Positions 1 to 12,462 of a stretch of DNA of 64,000 nt are shown piece by piece. The position numbers and the translations under genes are program-made. Within the stretch, counting starts at the first letter, position 1. Each line of letters begins with the position of its first letter. This stretch comes from Sarea resinae (taxonomy: Eukaryota). The stretch spans positions 186,001 through 250,000 of the forward strand of contig JAPEUD010000010.1 in the NCBI GenBank assembly GCA_026026165.1, read 5' to 3'. The notes under the pieces are model-generated. The model saw nothing but the letters and a program-made list of their open reading frames with translations, did not search any database and had not been told where the DNA came from.

Positions 1-21
1 GGTGGGCAAGGAGAAGGACAG

Positions 22-670
22 GAGGGAGTGAATGAGGGAGTGAATGAATGAATGAGTGAGTGCGTGGGTGTGCGGGTGGATTTATAATGAATGAAGCAAC
101 CAATGTACGAATCTTGACTTTGTGTTGTTTGTACCCGAATGGCATTCTCGAGGCAAGAGAAAAGGCGTGATGATAATGACGATGACGACGTTGAATTGGC
201 ATTTGACATGGGCATATCTGCATTAGCAACAGCAGCGGCATCAGAGACTCTTCTCGTTTCTTTCTCTCTTTTCTCCGAGAGAGCGGCGCTCCAGAACGAA
301 TATTTTTCGATTTTTACACGTGCTCGACGCGGAAAGAGCCAAAAAAAAAAAAAAAAAAAAGAAAAAGAAAAAGATGAAAGATACCAGGAAGGAAAATTTA
401 CCCAACGCCCCCACACACCGTTGTCAATGCAGGAGAGTTTGAAGGTAGTAGGTAGGTAGGTAGGTAGGGAGGAAAAGACTTCGTAGCAGAGGGGGCCCAA
501 CAAAACAATGGAGAAAGCGCGCGTGTCTCTCGCTCGGGGAGAAGGGTTTGCCTCGTCCGAAAGAGCCGATCTAGATTAGAGAAGAAGAATGGCAAGGCGA
601 GGGAAAGAGAAGTAATAGGAAAATGCGTTCCAGCCATCCATCCATCCTTCCTTCCGTCCTTCCATCCCTC
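22..670. repeat. Microsatellite island 1
   Basis: (GAAT/GAGT)n at 22-62, A20 at 341-360, (AGGT)n at about 443-467, (CCAT/CCTT)n at about 634-668. Confidence 0.85.
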
Positions 671-713
671 CTCATACGGTAGTGAGTGATAGACCAGCTG
701 GAAAATAGCCACA

Positions 714-767
714 TCATGCGTCTTTACCCGTCAAGCGCTTCCGCTCCTCGTCGTCGCCGCCGGCCTT

Positions 768-803
<36 letters not shown>

Positions 804-2748
804 ATCGACGCCCCATTCCGCGTCCTCGCCGACGGCAAACAGCGTGTCGCCGTCCATGGACTCTCGCGGTCTTATGGGTGTCGGCTCCGCCATCACGGTC
901 GCCCCTGGGCCCTGCTGCGGCTTTGGTGGTGGCGGCGGCGGGACGCCCTCTGGCGACAGGTCCCGAGTGTTCGCGACGCCCGGGTCGTAGGCGCGTTCGT
1001 TGGGCGGCGAGATGCCCTCTTCTTCGTCGAGGGAGCCGCCTATCGAGGCGATTTCGAAGCCCTCGTCGTCTTGTGCTAGCTGTTGCGGGGCCAAGGATTA
1101 GCAATTCATTCCTTCGTTTGATGACAGGGCCGTGGCGGTTGATAGCATGACTTACCTCGTCGCTCATGGCGAAGCGGCGATTATTTGCCGTCGGCCGCCA
1201 GAGATAGGCGATGAAGCACAGGTCGACCAGATAGACCAAGTTGAGCCAGCCGTCCAGCAGGAACCACCGCGTCTGCCAATGGTCCGGCACGTAGTCCGGA
1301 TTGCTGTGGCCGGCGAAGATGAACGAGTTCACGAAGAAGAAGCCCCAGATGACGAGGATGCTGGCGAGGATGCACCACCAGAGTTTCTTGTACATGCCTG
1401 CTTTGACGGTCTGTTTTCGCTCCATGAGGTCCTTCATCGTCGCATTCAGCGAGTTCAGCGTCCAGACGTAAAAGGCCGTTAGTGTGCCCGCGAGCGGTAG
1501 GATCACGAGGAGCACGATGGGGCCGGCGCTGTCCGGTGTGATGGTCAAGCTGGCCACGGCGTAGATGACGCCGAAGGTGAAGTGAGCGGTTGCGAGCCAG
1601 CGGACGATGATCATGGTCCGGCCAAGGCTTGGCTTGACGACACCATAGCCCATGCAGACGATGAGAAGGAGGAAGAATGAAAGCGAATTGCGGCCAGCGT
1701 TGAGTATGGAAACGACGACCATGAGGACCTTTGAACCAGCGTTGGCGCCGTGTCGGTTCTGGTAATCTGTTCACATTAGCGGAGCTAGGTCTGCTAAAAG
1801 GCAGCGGACTTACCATAGAAGCCCCAGGTCATCAACATCTCCACTATCAAGAAGCCAATCGTGAATGTGATATAGTTCTGCACCGGCACTGAAGATAGGT
1901 CAGTATTAACGGTCTATCGGAAAGGAGGCAGCATCTTACAGATGTCATGACGATGCTGGGCATAAAGAAAAGCCCAAAAGCTAGACAACGTTAGTCTACA
2001 TGGCGCCGATTGAGGACAATTCTACTCACGCTCCCACGACAGCGTAAACAATGGTGACTCCTCCGTAAAAGGGGAGTTTCGCGATTTGCGCTGCCGGAAG
2101 CTCTCCGTAAGCATTCCGGAACTCCACGATGGCTTTGTAGTCTTCGCCGGTAAACCCATAAGTGCTGACACAGTAATAGCCTGTCCTCTTGATTGGATAG
2201 TTGACGGCTCGGGGGCTCTTCAAGTGAATGGTGGTGGTGATGATCTGGCTTCTAGCTTCACTGGAATTGTCGGCCAGAATGAATTGTCCCAATTCTTCCG
2301 TGGTACAGTATCCCGCCTCTATGTTTGCTCCATCACATATGACCACCCTATCGGCCTACATGTAGAGGACTGTCAGTCGCAAGCCCGGAGATGGCCAAAT
2401 ACATGCTTCGGGACACTCACTTCCGGGGACTCCGGGGTGGGAAGCTTCCCAATGAATCCTTCATCCTTCCACTCGAATATGATGAGGCTGACCATCGGAT
2501 CCGAATCATCTTCTGCGGTAGATTTGAGGAACTTGGTGAGGATGAACGGGTCCACGTCTCCACCCCACGACTTCCGGCTGTACATTCCCGAGCATCGTTG
2601 ACTGTTCTTGGCTTTCTGGTCCTACATGCTGGTCAGACCTCATCCTTCGCTTTCCTCCGGCTTGATTCGAACATACCAATTGTATCTCACTTGCTCCGAC
2701 GGCAATTGCGCCCAGGACCAGCGGCAGAATCGCCCGCAGCCAGATCAT
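714..2748 (-). CDS. PTM1: Lung seven-transmembrane receptor / PTM1-GPR107-like Golgi membrane protein (multi-exon)
   Basis: Signal peptide MIWLRAILPLVLGAIAVGA (ATG 2748). Exons GMYSRKSWGGDVDPFIL, YPIKRTGYYCVS, EFRNAYGELPAAQIAKLPFYG, ILNAGRNSLSFFLLLIVCMGYGVVKPSLG, WRPTANNRRFAMSDE, then an acidic tail ending at TGA 714. Segments are joined by GT-AG introns. Confidence 0.9.
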
Positions 2749-3165
2749 TTCGAACGCGGCTTGGGCGGTAGAGCTCCGGTCTGAGCACGGAGCAGCTGCC
2801 AAGTGGCTTCAAACAGAGACGGACCTATCGAGAACCGATGCTCGAGGCTCGAATATGCGCTGAAAGGGGGCGAGGTTCTCTGCTGCTGCGTGATTACGGG
2901 AGATGGTGCAAAGAGTCGTTGTAGGGCTGAGCCATTGGGGGGCCTGGTGGTTGCGTAAGGTGTTTTGATGCAGCTACGGATACATCCAATACAGGTATGT
3001 TTTGGGCCCCCGGGCGCAACAGAGCTGTTGTAGCCAAGTATCGTCCAACCCGGCGCAAACTGACGCGGCACTTGCCGGAGCTGGGCATATATGCGGTAGC
3101 TTCCTCTTGATCCGAGCCTTTTTATCTTCAATCTCACCTTCATACCTGCCCGGAATACTCAGAAG

Positions 3166-4348
3166 ATGCTGTGCAAGAGGTGCAGTGCAACGGAAGCATG
3201 TGTCGTGGTGCGGACTGAGCATCTCTGCAAGTGAGGAAACCCTCGATCTCGATCTCCTTGACTGGACGCTAATGTAGGTCTTTGGCTGAAGGGAATGCTT
3301 TCAGAAATATGTCAACACGAAAGTCGTCAAACGACTGGAGGCATACAGAGTCCGTAATGCCGAAAAAGACCGAGAGCGGATTATATTACTACCTATTTCT
3401 CTTGGAGTATCCTCTTTGGCTTTACTCCATATCCTCAATCGTCAGTATGAGCATCAACTTGACTTTTCCCACCGTACCGGCTTTCAGCTCCATATCCTAT
3501 TCATCAGCGACTGGACTGGAGGTGATGACTCGCTCTCCGCGGATCATATGAGGACCATCAAGGAGGCCTACCCTCGGCACACCTACTCGGCTTTGGCCTT
3601 GGCCGATGCTTTCAATTCAGCTTACGCTCTTTCGAAAAGCCCAGAGGATGATGGCTTGCCACTCACTGAGCTAAACGGTGACTCATCGCTGTCATGTCAA
3701 GAGCGATTGGAAAGATACATATCTGCTTTGCCGTCCGCGACCTCAAAACATGATCTCGTTGGAATACTACGAACGCGACTCATTGTCGCATTCGGGAAGA
3801 AGCATGGTTGTGAGAGCGTCGCATGGGGAGACTCGACCACCAGACTGGCGGAGAAAATGCTGGCAGAGACGGCCAAGGGGAGAGGGTTTGCTCTACCGTG
3901 GCACGTTTCGGATGGCATGACTCCCTACGGACTTACATTTACTTACCCTCTTCGAGATCTGCTGAAGAAGGAGATCATCATGTACTCATCAATGACAAAT
4001 CCTCTGAGTAGCATCGTCACAGAAGACCCGAGGGCGATGCAGCCAGCAGCATCAGCAAAAGACACGACTATCGACCAACTAATGAGCCAGTATTTTGAGT
4101 CCGTGGAAGAGAATTATCCAGCTATTGTGGCAAATGTTGTTCGCACTTCCAGCAAGCTCGAGGCTCCCAGGCTGCCTGAGCAACTAATCACCTGTACTCT
4201 TTGCAGCATGCCGATAGCAGACGGTATCACTGGTATCCACGGGTGGGGGGGCGACCAGGAAGCTCTTCCGCCAAACGCACAGCCAGCTTTGGTGCATGGA
4301 GTCTCCGAACGCCTATGCTACGGGTGCGCCAGGTCTGTCAAAGGCTGA
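3166..4348 (+). CDS. NCS2: Cytoplasmic tRNA 2-thiolation protein 2 (Ncs2/CTU2)
   Basis: Exon 1 MLCKRC...EHLCK, intron about 3231-3291, then ECFQKYVNTKVVKRL, LLPISLGVSSLALLHIL, WGDSTTRLAEKMLAETAKGRG, YPLRDL, NVVRTSSKL and a C-terminal CTLC...LCYGCAR zinc site. Confidence 0.9.
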
Positions 4349-4443
4349 TACGTCGATTGATCGAATGTCACACACCTCTACGATCTACTTTCTTGGACAC
4401 TGTACCCGAGAAATGTATAGATTACTATTTACAGTGGTTGCGT

Positions 4444-6785
4444 TCACGCAACAGCGTGAGGTATGAAACTTGGCCACTGCACTTGTTGGAAGTTTCCAAC
4501 CGGAAGACTACGGAGACTCGCAAAAGCCTCGGCGGTGAAAAAGAAACGACCATATCCATACATGGTTCCCAGGGTACTGATGAGTACACACCCTGGCCAC
4601 GCTACACTCGCTCCGAGTATTCTCAGGCACAACTCCCAGGGCCCCTTCGTATCTCCTTCATTGATGCGACTCGACCACACGCGGAATCTTTTGACCCTCG
4701 GATGAGAATGTATTGCAAGCGAGACATCGCATACAGCCATAGCCAGTGCGAACGCAATACTCGAAAGCCCAGCAGCTCTCCACATCCACATCTCAACTGC
4801 GGTTGGAAAATGTACGTTCCAGGCACTGAGATGAATCCCTCCATACATGGCTACAAACGCCAGTCCGGCCAATGTATATAGGTAGAACTCAGGTTTCTCG
4901 GTCGGATCAATAGTACCAACCCATTTCCACGGCTTGATGGGATTAACAGAACCTTGCACAAGGATCTCCATGTGATAATCCGTCATATATGTCCTGTGGA
5001 GGTCTACTTCACCCTCTCCATAAGCTTCCCAACGGAAATGGGACCCTCGCTCTCTGAGACGAGCAATAGCTCTATTCGCCAATTCTATTCGGACAAACAA
5101 TTTCCGATTTTCTGCTACCAGATCAGGTCGCAAGGCTTGGACTTGCTGCAACTCGAGCGAGTCCGTCTGGCAGCACCGTCCACGAGAGATTGACCAAATG
5201 GACGAGGCGGGATAATCGCTCACCTGGTCGTCCTCCATTCTTGTATTGACTACAGTAGTATTAGAGTCAAGGCCATCTCTGTTGGTCGACACTTGACCGC
5301 GTGTTTCCAGAATAGCCGGACGGTCGTCTTCTTCGCCACTTCGAACATCCGTCAACGACCGTAGATCAGATCCTTCTGTCGACTGAAACCTTTGCTCCAT
5401 CTCGATATCAGCTGTGTTGTCAACAGCATTCTCAATTAATCGTCGTGTGATCGCTTCCTCAATTCGCTCGCGCTGTCTGGCAAATTCTTTGCTGTCCCTA
5501 ATGGTTACTGACTCGCAATCAAATGCAAGAAGTGCCGCCATATTGATGGTATCCTGATCGGTACACCAAATTGGGGTTCCGACGTTGTACGGCTTATTAA
5601 ACCACATCGCATACATGCACCAACAGCAAAGGATATGTGTCAGGGTGTGTATTTCAAGGAGCGTGAGCGGAAGTCCCTCCCCCAAGCGCGTCAGGCTCTG
5701 GATCAAAAACCAAGCCGTCTGCACACAGACGAAGAGCTTTGCTATCTCATCCGCTTTACTTTTGTCTTCAATCGTCTCAATCGAAATTCGAGGCAGAAGA
5801 CCTGCTTTTGCCAGTTCGAGAATTCCCGCTGGGGTGAAAGTCTGAGCAGGGGAATCGCAGAACGAGCTAGATTCCACTGCAAAGCCTCCCATGACCGTGA
5901 AAAAGGCCTGCTGCATCGTCCATGGCTCGAACCTTTTCTCCGGCCTGAACTGGTCTTGCGCGTTCTTCGGCGCATCCTGTCCAAAAGACGCGATTGGTGC
6001 GGGCGGGTTTGGTCTTTCAGGTCGCGTACAGGGACAATCGGGAGGAGGATCGACGGTAGTCTTATTAAGTATGCATTAGGCTACCGTTCCTCCAGTAAAA
6101 GGAAGAGAGAGGAGGTGGAGAGGATTGAGCAAGCTACCTTCATAGATTCGAGAGGCATATTTCTATAAGCGCTTTCCCCCAAAAGATTGATCTCCTTCAT
6201 CAACGCCCGCGCTTCCCAGAGCTGTCTCCACGCAAGCCACAGTACCATCTCGGGATAGAACATAGCAGTCAGCATGCCGTACACCTGCCACGCTAAACTC
6301 TTCCATCGCATTCCCATCCACTTTTCTGGCCTTCCAGATTTCGTGATCCGTACGTTCAGGTGCAGCGCTGTCCACACACATAGCCAGATTGTTGTCAGAC
6401 ACGAGCTGATGATGTCGTAGGTGCCGCGTGTGTTTGCGCCGCTCTCCCAGCCTTTGTGTATTGCTTTGGCGGTGGTGTTGCTTGCGTTTGTGTTTGCGCT
6501 GGTGGGTGTCTGTGTGGTTGGTGCGCTGCGCGGGAGGATGGAGGCGGAATCTTGAGAAGCATTTTCTGGTAATGATTGCGATGATGGTGGTTGTGCTGCG
6601 TGTTGTACCGGGACAGCGAGAGCTGGAAGAGCAAGAACGGACACTGAAACAGATGAGGCCGGAGAAGCAGAAACGGCAAATGGAAAGGCCGAAGAAACCG
6701 GAAAGAGTGCGCCACTCAAAAACAGGAGAGACGTGGATATCGCGGAGATGGAAAAATGGTGACGGATCCAGGATCTATCCTTCAT
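4444..6785 (-). CDS. Uncharacterised fungal multi-pass membrane protein (2 exons)
   Basis: ORFs 6081-6785 and 4444-5916 join in frame through an intron at about 6061-6137 (GTAGCT...CCTAAT...TAAG). Motifs W..RGTYDIISSCLTTIWLCVWTALHLNV, FFTVMGGF, IEDKSKAD..AK...CVQ..WF, LPLTLLE, YGGIHLSAWN..FPT..E..MWR and EAFASLRSLP match a widespread fungal hypothetical family. N-terminus resembles a signal peptide. Confidence 0.8.
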
Positions 6786-7936
6786 AGCTCTCTCCTCTCT
6801 TGTGGCTCAGCCTTGCCCGTGAACAGAGCCAAGACTTCTTGGGTCTCCGAGCTTCTAATTTTGCCCCGGTGGGAATGGCGATATATAGGTATTTAAATTG
6901 AAAACCGGATCTCAGACAATACAATCTCCAAGGTCTAGAAAAAAAAAGGCTTGATGTAGAACAATGGATTCGTCGTACGGTGTTTATCAATCATCAGAGT
7001 GAAAAAGCTCAATTAAGATGCATGCGCATTTCCCGGTTATTTGCGGTTCTTTTTTTCCTTGTTGGCTTTCTTCAGCATAGACGATGGTGCCCCTGGCAGA
7101 ATCAATGGCCCTGCCATCTACTTATATGGACTCTCTCTCGTCGGTTTCCATAGTAGAGAACTCCAAGGCAACCCCAGACAAGGATTTGATCTATTCTGGG
7201 AACCATCATATACAGGCAGCAGGAAGATAGCCGCTCGCGAGAGCGACGGCACTGGGGCGGGCGGTGCTGCTCTACGGAGATCATTGGATGCTTGGTGGTG
7301 AAACATGGTCGGTGGCAGACGTTGAGAGGCGAGAGGCGAGATATCCTTGTCTGAAGTCACTCCAAGGTATAAGCCGGGCGGCTGAGTGCCGCCTAATCTC
7401 AGTCCCAAGACCGTCGCTATTTGTAGCGGCTAGGGGGCTGGGATGGATGGGGTCCAATGCTGTCGCATCTGATCGACGATACTAAATCTGTTGCGAGTCA
7501 AATTGATTTGCTTCACGCCGTGTCTACTTTGCATGATTTTGGGAATATCACAGTAAATCATTCTCACGTTCTCGAAGAGAGGCTGAAAAGCTGGAATGCA
7601 GAGCGATCGATCAATAAGCACGATAATTGATCCGTCTAGGGCGCGTTATCGTGCGAGTGTGTCGATGTCGTTGGAACTATGGAAGTTGTGTGCATTTCTG
7701 CTTCTGAACGATGGGAAGACGATATAGTACTTTAATCTTACGCTCGTGGATATGAGGTGGGAGTTTGGATTGATGAGAAGGATTACTCTCGATTGCTGGA
7801 AGAACAACATTTGAGACCAACCTACCGCTGAAAGAAGAATTTCCTCATGCATCTTCCAAGCAAAGATTTGAGTCAAGTGAACTTGAATTGAGCAGCAGAA
7901 CAAACAAATGAACTGACTGTCAGGCTCTTCCAAACG

Positions 7937-8971
7937 CTAGAACAGCGTCTCCGTGACCTTCCCATCCCACACCTTCCCCGTCCAAGGTAGCACTGTCTTC
8001 CCGGCCTCCAACTTTCCGCCAACAGGTCGATACTGGAAATGCGTATGAATCGGCAATTCCGCCAGGAGCTGCTCCTTTTGTTCCTTCTCCTTGACACTCA
8101 CCTCTCCCCCGTCGTTGTTGGTCGCGGATAAATATGCCGACGAGTCCAGTCGCAGAATATCCGTCACCCCGAACCCATATTTCTCGTACAAGGGACAGCC
8201 GCAGTTGGTCCCTTCGACGAAGGCGTGCACGCCCATGGCATCGGCCTTTTCAACGCCCCAATTTACGAGCAGTTTGCCTGCGCCGTGGCGTTGATGCGAG
8301 GGATGAACGAAGCAGATTTGGAGGACTGTGGGCTTGATCAATAAGAGCAGCCCAAAGAGCGCGGAATTATATGACTTGACATGATCAACAGGGAGGGGAA
8401 GTCGGCGGAGCTATCGATAAGGAGGATTGGTGATTGAGATATATCAAAGTAACAAAATGATACGTAAACATTCACTCATCGGACCTCCAATCAGAAGATG
8501 CCCTGCAAAAACAGCACATACACACAACGGAGCAAGTGTAAAAAAAAGAAAACTCGTACAAACACAAGGCCCTTTCATGCGCGCCGCCTGGAGGGTCGAC
8601 AATCGCGACAAGACGTGTGAAGCATAATTCCTGCCTTCGGTCCCCTCGGGCCAATAGTACGCCTCGTACAATCCCGGCATAGGCTCGCTATCGTCCTCGA
8701 GGATGTTCCAGAGCGCCGCGCCAATGATCTCGCCCGTGTCGGTATTGACGACTTTGAGCCAGTGGCTGGTGGGGTCTTCATGCGCCCACATCTTCTGACG
8801 CTCCTTGCTTTCCTCGAGGGCTTCAGCGCGCGCAGTGGGACTGGAGCTGTCGTACGGGCCGCCGATGATGCGCAAGAAGGGCTCGAAAGGGTCCTCGTAG
8901 GCGGCCCATTCGGCGCGGACTATGGAGTCAAAGTCGGCGTCGTCGGTGACCTCGTGGAGCGCAAATGGCAT
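7937..8971 (-). CDS. GNAT-family N-acetyltransferase (2 exons)
   Basis: MPFALHEV...DPTSHWLKVVNTDTGEIIGAALW, intron 8326-8559, then acetyl-CoA motif A FVHPSHQRHGAGKLLVNWGVEKAD and motif B FVEGTNCGCPLYEKYGF. Confidence 0.88.
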
Positions 8972-10297
8972 GATGCTGGATACGGCAGGGAAAACGCTCA
9001 AAGTGATCAAGGATATGCACGAAAGCAAGCTTAACAAGACAGACGAAGGTTGATTTACAGAAAGTCTCGACGCAAAGGCAGCAATTCTAAGGGATATGCG
9101 CGCTTTTATTCTCATTGCAGAGAGATACAAATTCTAGCAAGGCTGCTTCAGGCCGAGAGTCAGAGACGCGTGGACGATGCGGGAACGGCGCGTAGGGCAT
9201 TGGATTGGCAAGGTACCGTCAGCAGAACATTATCGTGGGTGGCCGGCGGATTCCTGCATTTTGCCTACCTTCCAAGCCAGACAGAGATGCTAGAGGATTC
9301 AGCTTGGCCAAGGCAGCGGCGGACTATGCTCAACAGGGTGTTGGAGCTTGTTCGACCCCGCGATGTTACGAAGCAGAGATACGAGCAGGCCAATCGGGAT
9401 ATAAGGATTGATACAATTGTACCTTTCGAAAGCTTCTAACATAAGAGTACCCTCGACGATAGAGGTCCACGACCTTCTTCATCTTTACCCGACTGACTGA
9501 ATCCTTCCTGGATCGTTAGCGCTGCGGAGACGCGGGTGCGCATGTATATCCCAACTTATCCTTGGCCGAGGCCAGACAAAGCCTTTCCAAACAATGGAAG
9601 CGCCTTCTTCAAACAATGGAGACCCCCGCTTGATAGAAGCAAAGTTGCATCGGAGCCAACGTCGATCCACTTTGAACTGCAAAGCTCACGTCAGATCAAT
9701 CTATATGAACCCCAAGGACCTCCCGCAGAGAGTCCGTTATTGGCCCTTGCAGAGTGCAGTGGCTACCTTCCCACCAACAGTCCAATGAGACGATGCCGAA
9801 GATAGGTACGAACTACGAAGAGGGCCTAGAACACCATCTTGTTGGGTCCAGAGGTAAGTCCGATAGAAAATTTCCAGCTCTTCACAGCAAATGTATCTGA
9901 TTTACGCGCTCATATCGTAATTCGAGCAAATCGTTTTGGGCTTCATTTGAAGGAAAATTTTGATATGCATACCATATTTTTGTAGCATTCTAGCAATGCC
10001 CGGCTAATACTATGCAGAGGACATGAGTAAAGGGGAATTCTATGAAAAGTTCGATGCAACCCAGCAACAAGAAATAAACGCCTTGTGACAAAGGAAATCA
10101 TGTGTCCTGCATCCAAGAAAACAAAACAAAAAAAATAAAATGAAACACCAATTGAACACGGTGGCTAGGGAACGATCATCCGCAAACGTTCGTGGCCATG
10201 CGAGACATCCGGATGCTCTAGGCTAATAAGGAAGTTCGTGTCGAAAAGGCTATACGCTGATGGCTCCCCAGGAACCAGCTCATACCCTTCCTGTCTT

Positions 10298-11030
10298 CTA
10301 TACCAGAAGGTCGGGATCGGTATGGCTTCGAGTGGTAATGGGATACTTCTCGTTTTTCGCGGAATATCTCTTAATCAATTGCTGCTCCAGCACTTTGGCA
10401 TTTCTGGTATTGCAGCGTATGCGTGCATCCAACAGGTCGCCTAGTAGTGGTACCAGACCAACGAGGAAATCCCCGATGACATATACGATCATTCCGAGTA
10501 TTACGAGAGTCGGGAGTTTCGCTTTCCGACACATGTTCACGACTGAAATGGCTATAGCCATATCGATGAAATCGCCGACTCTGCAGGAAGCAGTCAGTCT
10601 CGTTCTGCGATTCGCTTTGATATAAGGATCGCTGCTTCGACTTACTCAGGAAACAGACCAATGACACTGCTCCACCCAAAGCGGACACCCAGGATTTTGA
10701 ACAGACAATTGTCCATTTTGTATGCGCGCTTCTTGACCTGCTTCAGAAGCTGACGATCCTCCTCCGATATGTTCTCGATGGCAAAGGGGTGCTCCTTGCG
10801 CTTGGTTTTCAGGTTTCCTTTCTTGTCGACGACCTGTTTCCCGTGACGGTCAAGAACCGGCTCGTACACGTTCCGATAGTCGCCATAGAACTCCTCCTGA
10901 GCAAATGATATCAGTATGGGTGGAGGACAACTAGATCAGATGGAATACTGACATCAGATGGTAGACCGCGCCCGGCATTCAACCGCTTCCCAAACTTCTT
11001 TGCTACGTACTTGGTGGCGAGCTGAGACAT
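10298..11030 (-). CDS. DUF4112-family membrane protein (3 exons)
   Basis: MSQLATKYVAKKF; LLKQVKKRAYKMDNCLFKILGVRFGWSSVIGLFPE|VGDFIDM; DFLVGLVPLLGDLLDARIRCNTRNAKVLE. Two GT-AG introns. Confidence 0.85.
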
Positions 11031-12462
11031 GGCGACCAGTGTATAAGATATGCAAGGCCAAAAAAAATTAAAATTGAAGGAGACCAGCTCGGTGGAATTG
11101 AAATGGTGTTGAACTTTGCGCGAATGAGGGTCTCGTCGTGTTTGTGCTGGAAACTTGCCCGTCAAGTATAAATGCAAACAGAGACAGAGGTGGCACGGGA
11201 AGGGGGGTTTGCTAATTCCTGTCTCGATTCCGGGAGCGTCGTGAAACAGCAGTTACAGCCGTCGCAGAAGATATGTCGCCCGAACAATGGCTCGAAGGTG
11301 CTCGTGCGTGGGAAATGGGTCCGGAGAGGGACATTGGTGGCGCTAGATGGGACGAGAAGAAGCTGTGTCACATATATATGATCATCGCTGGCCAACAACG
11401 ACTGCGACAGGAGTCTCCTTGGAAGTAGCTAGGCTTGGCCTACGATACGGGAAAGTACCGACATAATCGCGGCCATGGCTACTCTCTCGCAAGTCATGGC
11501 TAAGTCTTGGAATGCTATCGACTCCGGAGTACTCTAGTGCTTGGCTTCCATAGGTTGTAGCCCGGATCGGACGAGGATGTGCGGCTATCATTCGTCAGCG
11601 CTGAAACTTGTTTACTACTTACTCGGGGGAAGAAAAGTTGACAGCGCTGCGTCGATTGTGATTGCGCTGCTAGCTGTACTAGGAAGCGGAAACGAACAGC
11701 TGCGCCACGTGTGCGTGTCTTCGTCACCACCTTGGGAGGTAGCCCAGAACCCAGAATATGAGGTGTGGCTGAGCACCACCAAGTATCTCTGCTACTGCAC
11801 CTTGATGATCAGACAGACCACAAGCGTATTATTTCCGATCGGAAATACTCCGAGTAGTCCTATCTATCAGAGAGGAATTGTAGCATCTGCAGCCTCTTCC
11901 GGGGATTTCACAATGTTTGATCATGTATCTTTGGCCAGCCGCCGCCACTTTCCGGCCCATCACGAAACAAGCGAGCCTCAACGCCACATCGACTTAACTT
12001 TGGTTGTGTGATGGATCCATCCGTGTGGCTGAGTAAGGTACTATGTAGATCGCGTTACCCACTTGAACGGTGAAGCCCAAGGTACGAGTACCGTATGCTC
12101 GTCTCTCTTGCCTCCACTTGCCTTACCTTACTCTACTCCGTACTTCTTACCCTTGTGGATTGGATTCCATCATCGTCATTCGCGCCTAGCTTCTGGCTGT
12201 GCTCTCTTCATTCCCAAGACTGACTGCATACCATTGTAATCAGCACTGACCCTCATCGGCCATAACCATCTGGAAGCTACACCTAATCTTCGATCACTGC
12301 TAGCACGATTGAGGATTGAGGCTGAGCTCGCCCTACTGGACCTCCAACGATCACTGCTGGGCCACGCGCATCGTCTGGTCATACACGCCAGCTCTGCACC
12401 AGAGTCACGCTCTGGATCTGACCATTCACGACGTTCTAATATGTTGAGAAAGAAGATCTCAG

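Noticed and set aside
139..1150. Plus-strand ORFs 139-459 and 686-1150 with K, R and H runs
   Set aside because: Translations of poly-A and microsatellites, and the antisense of the PTM1 acidic tail.
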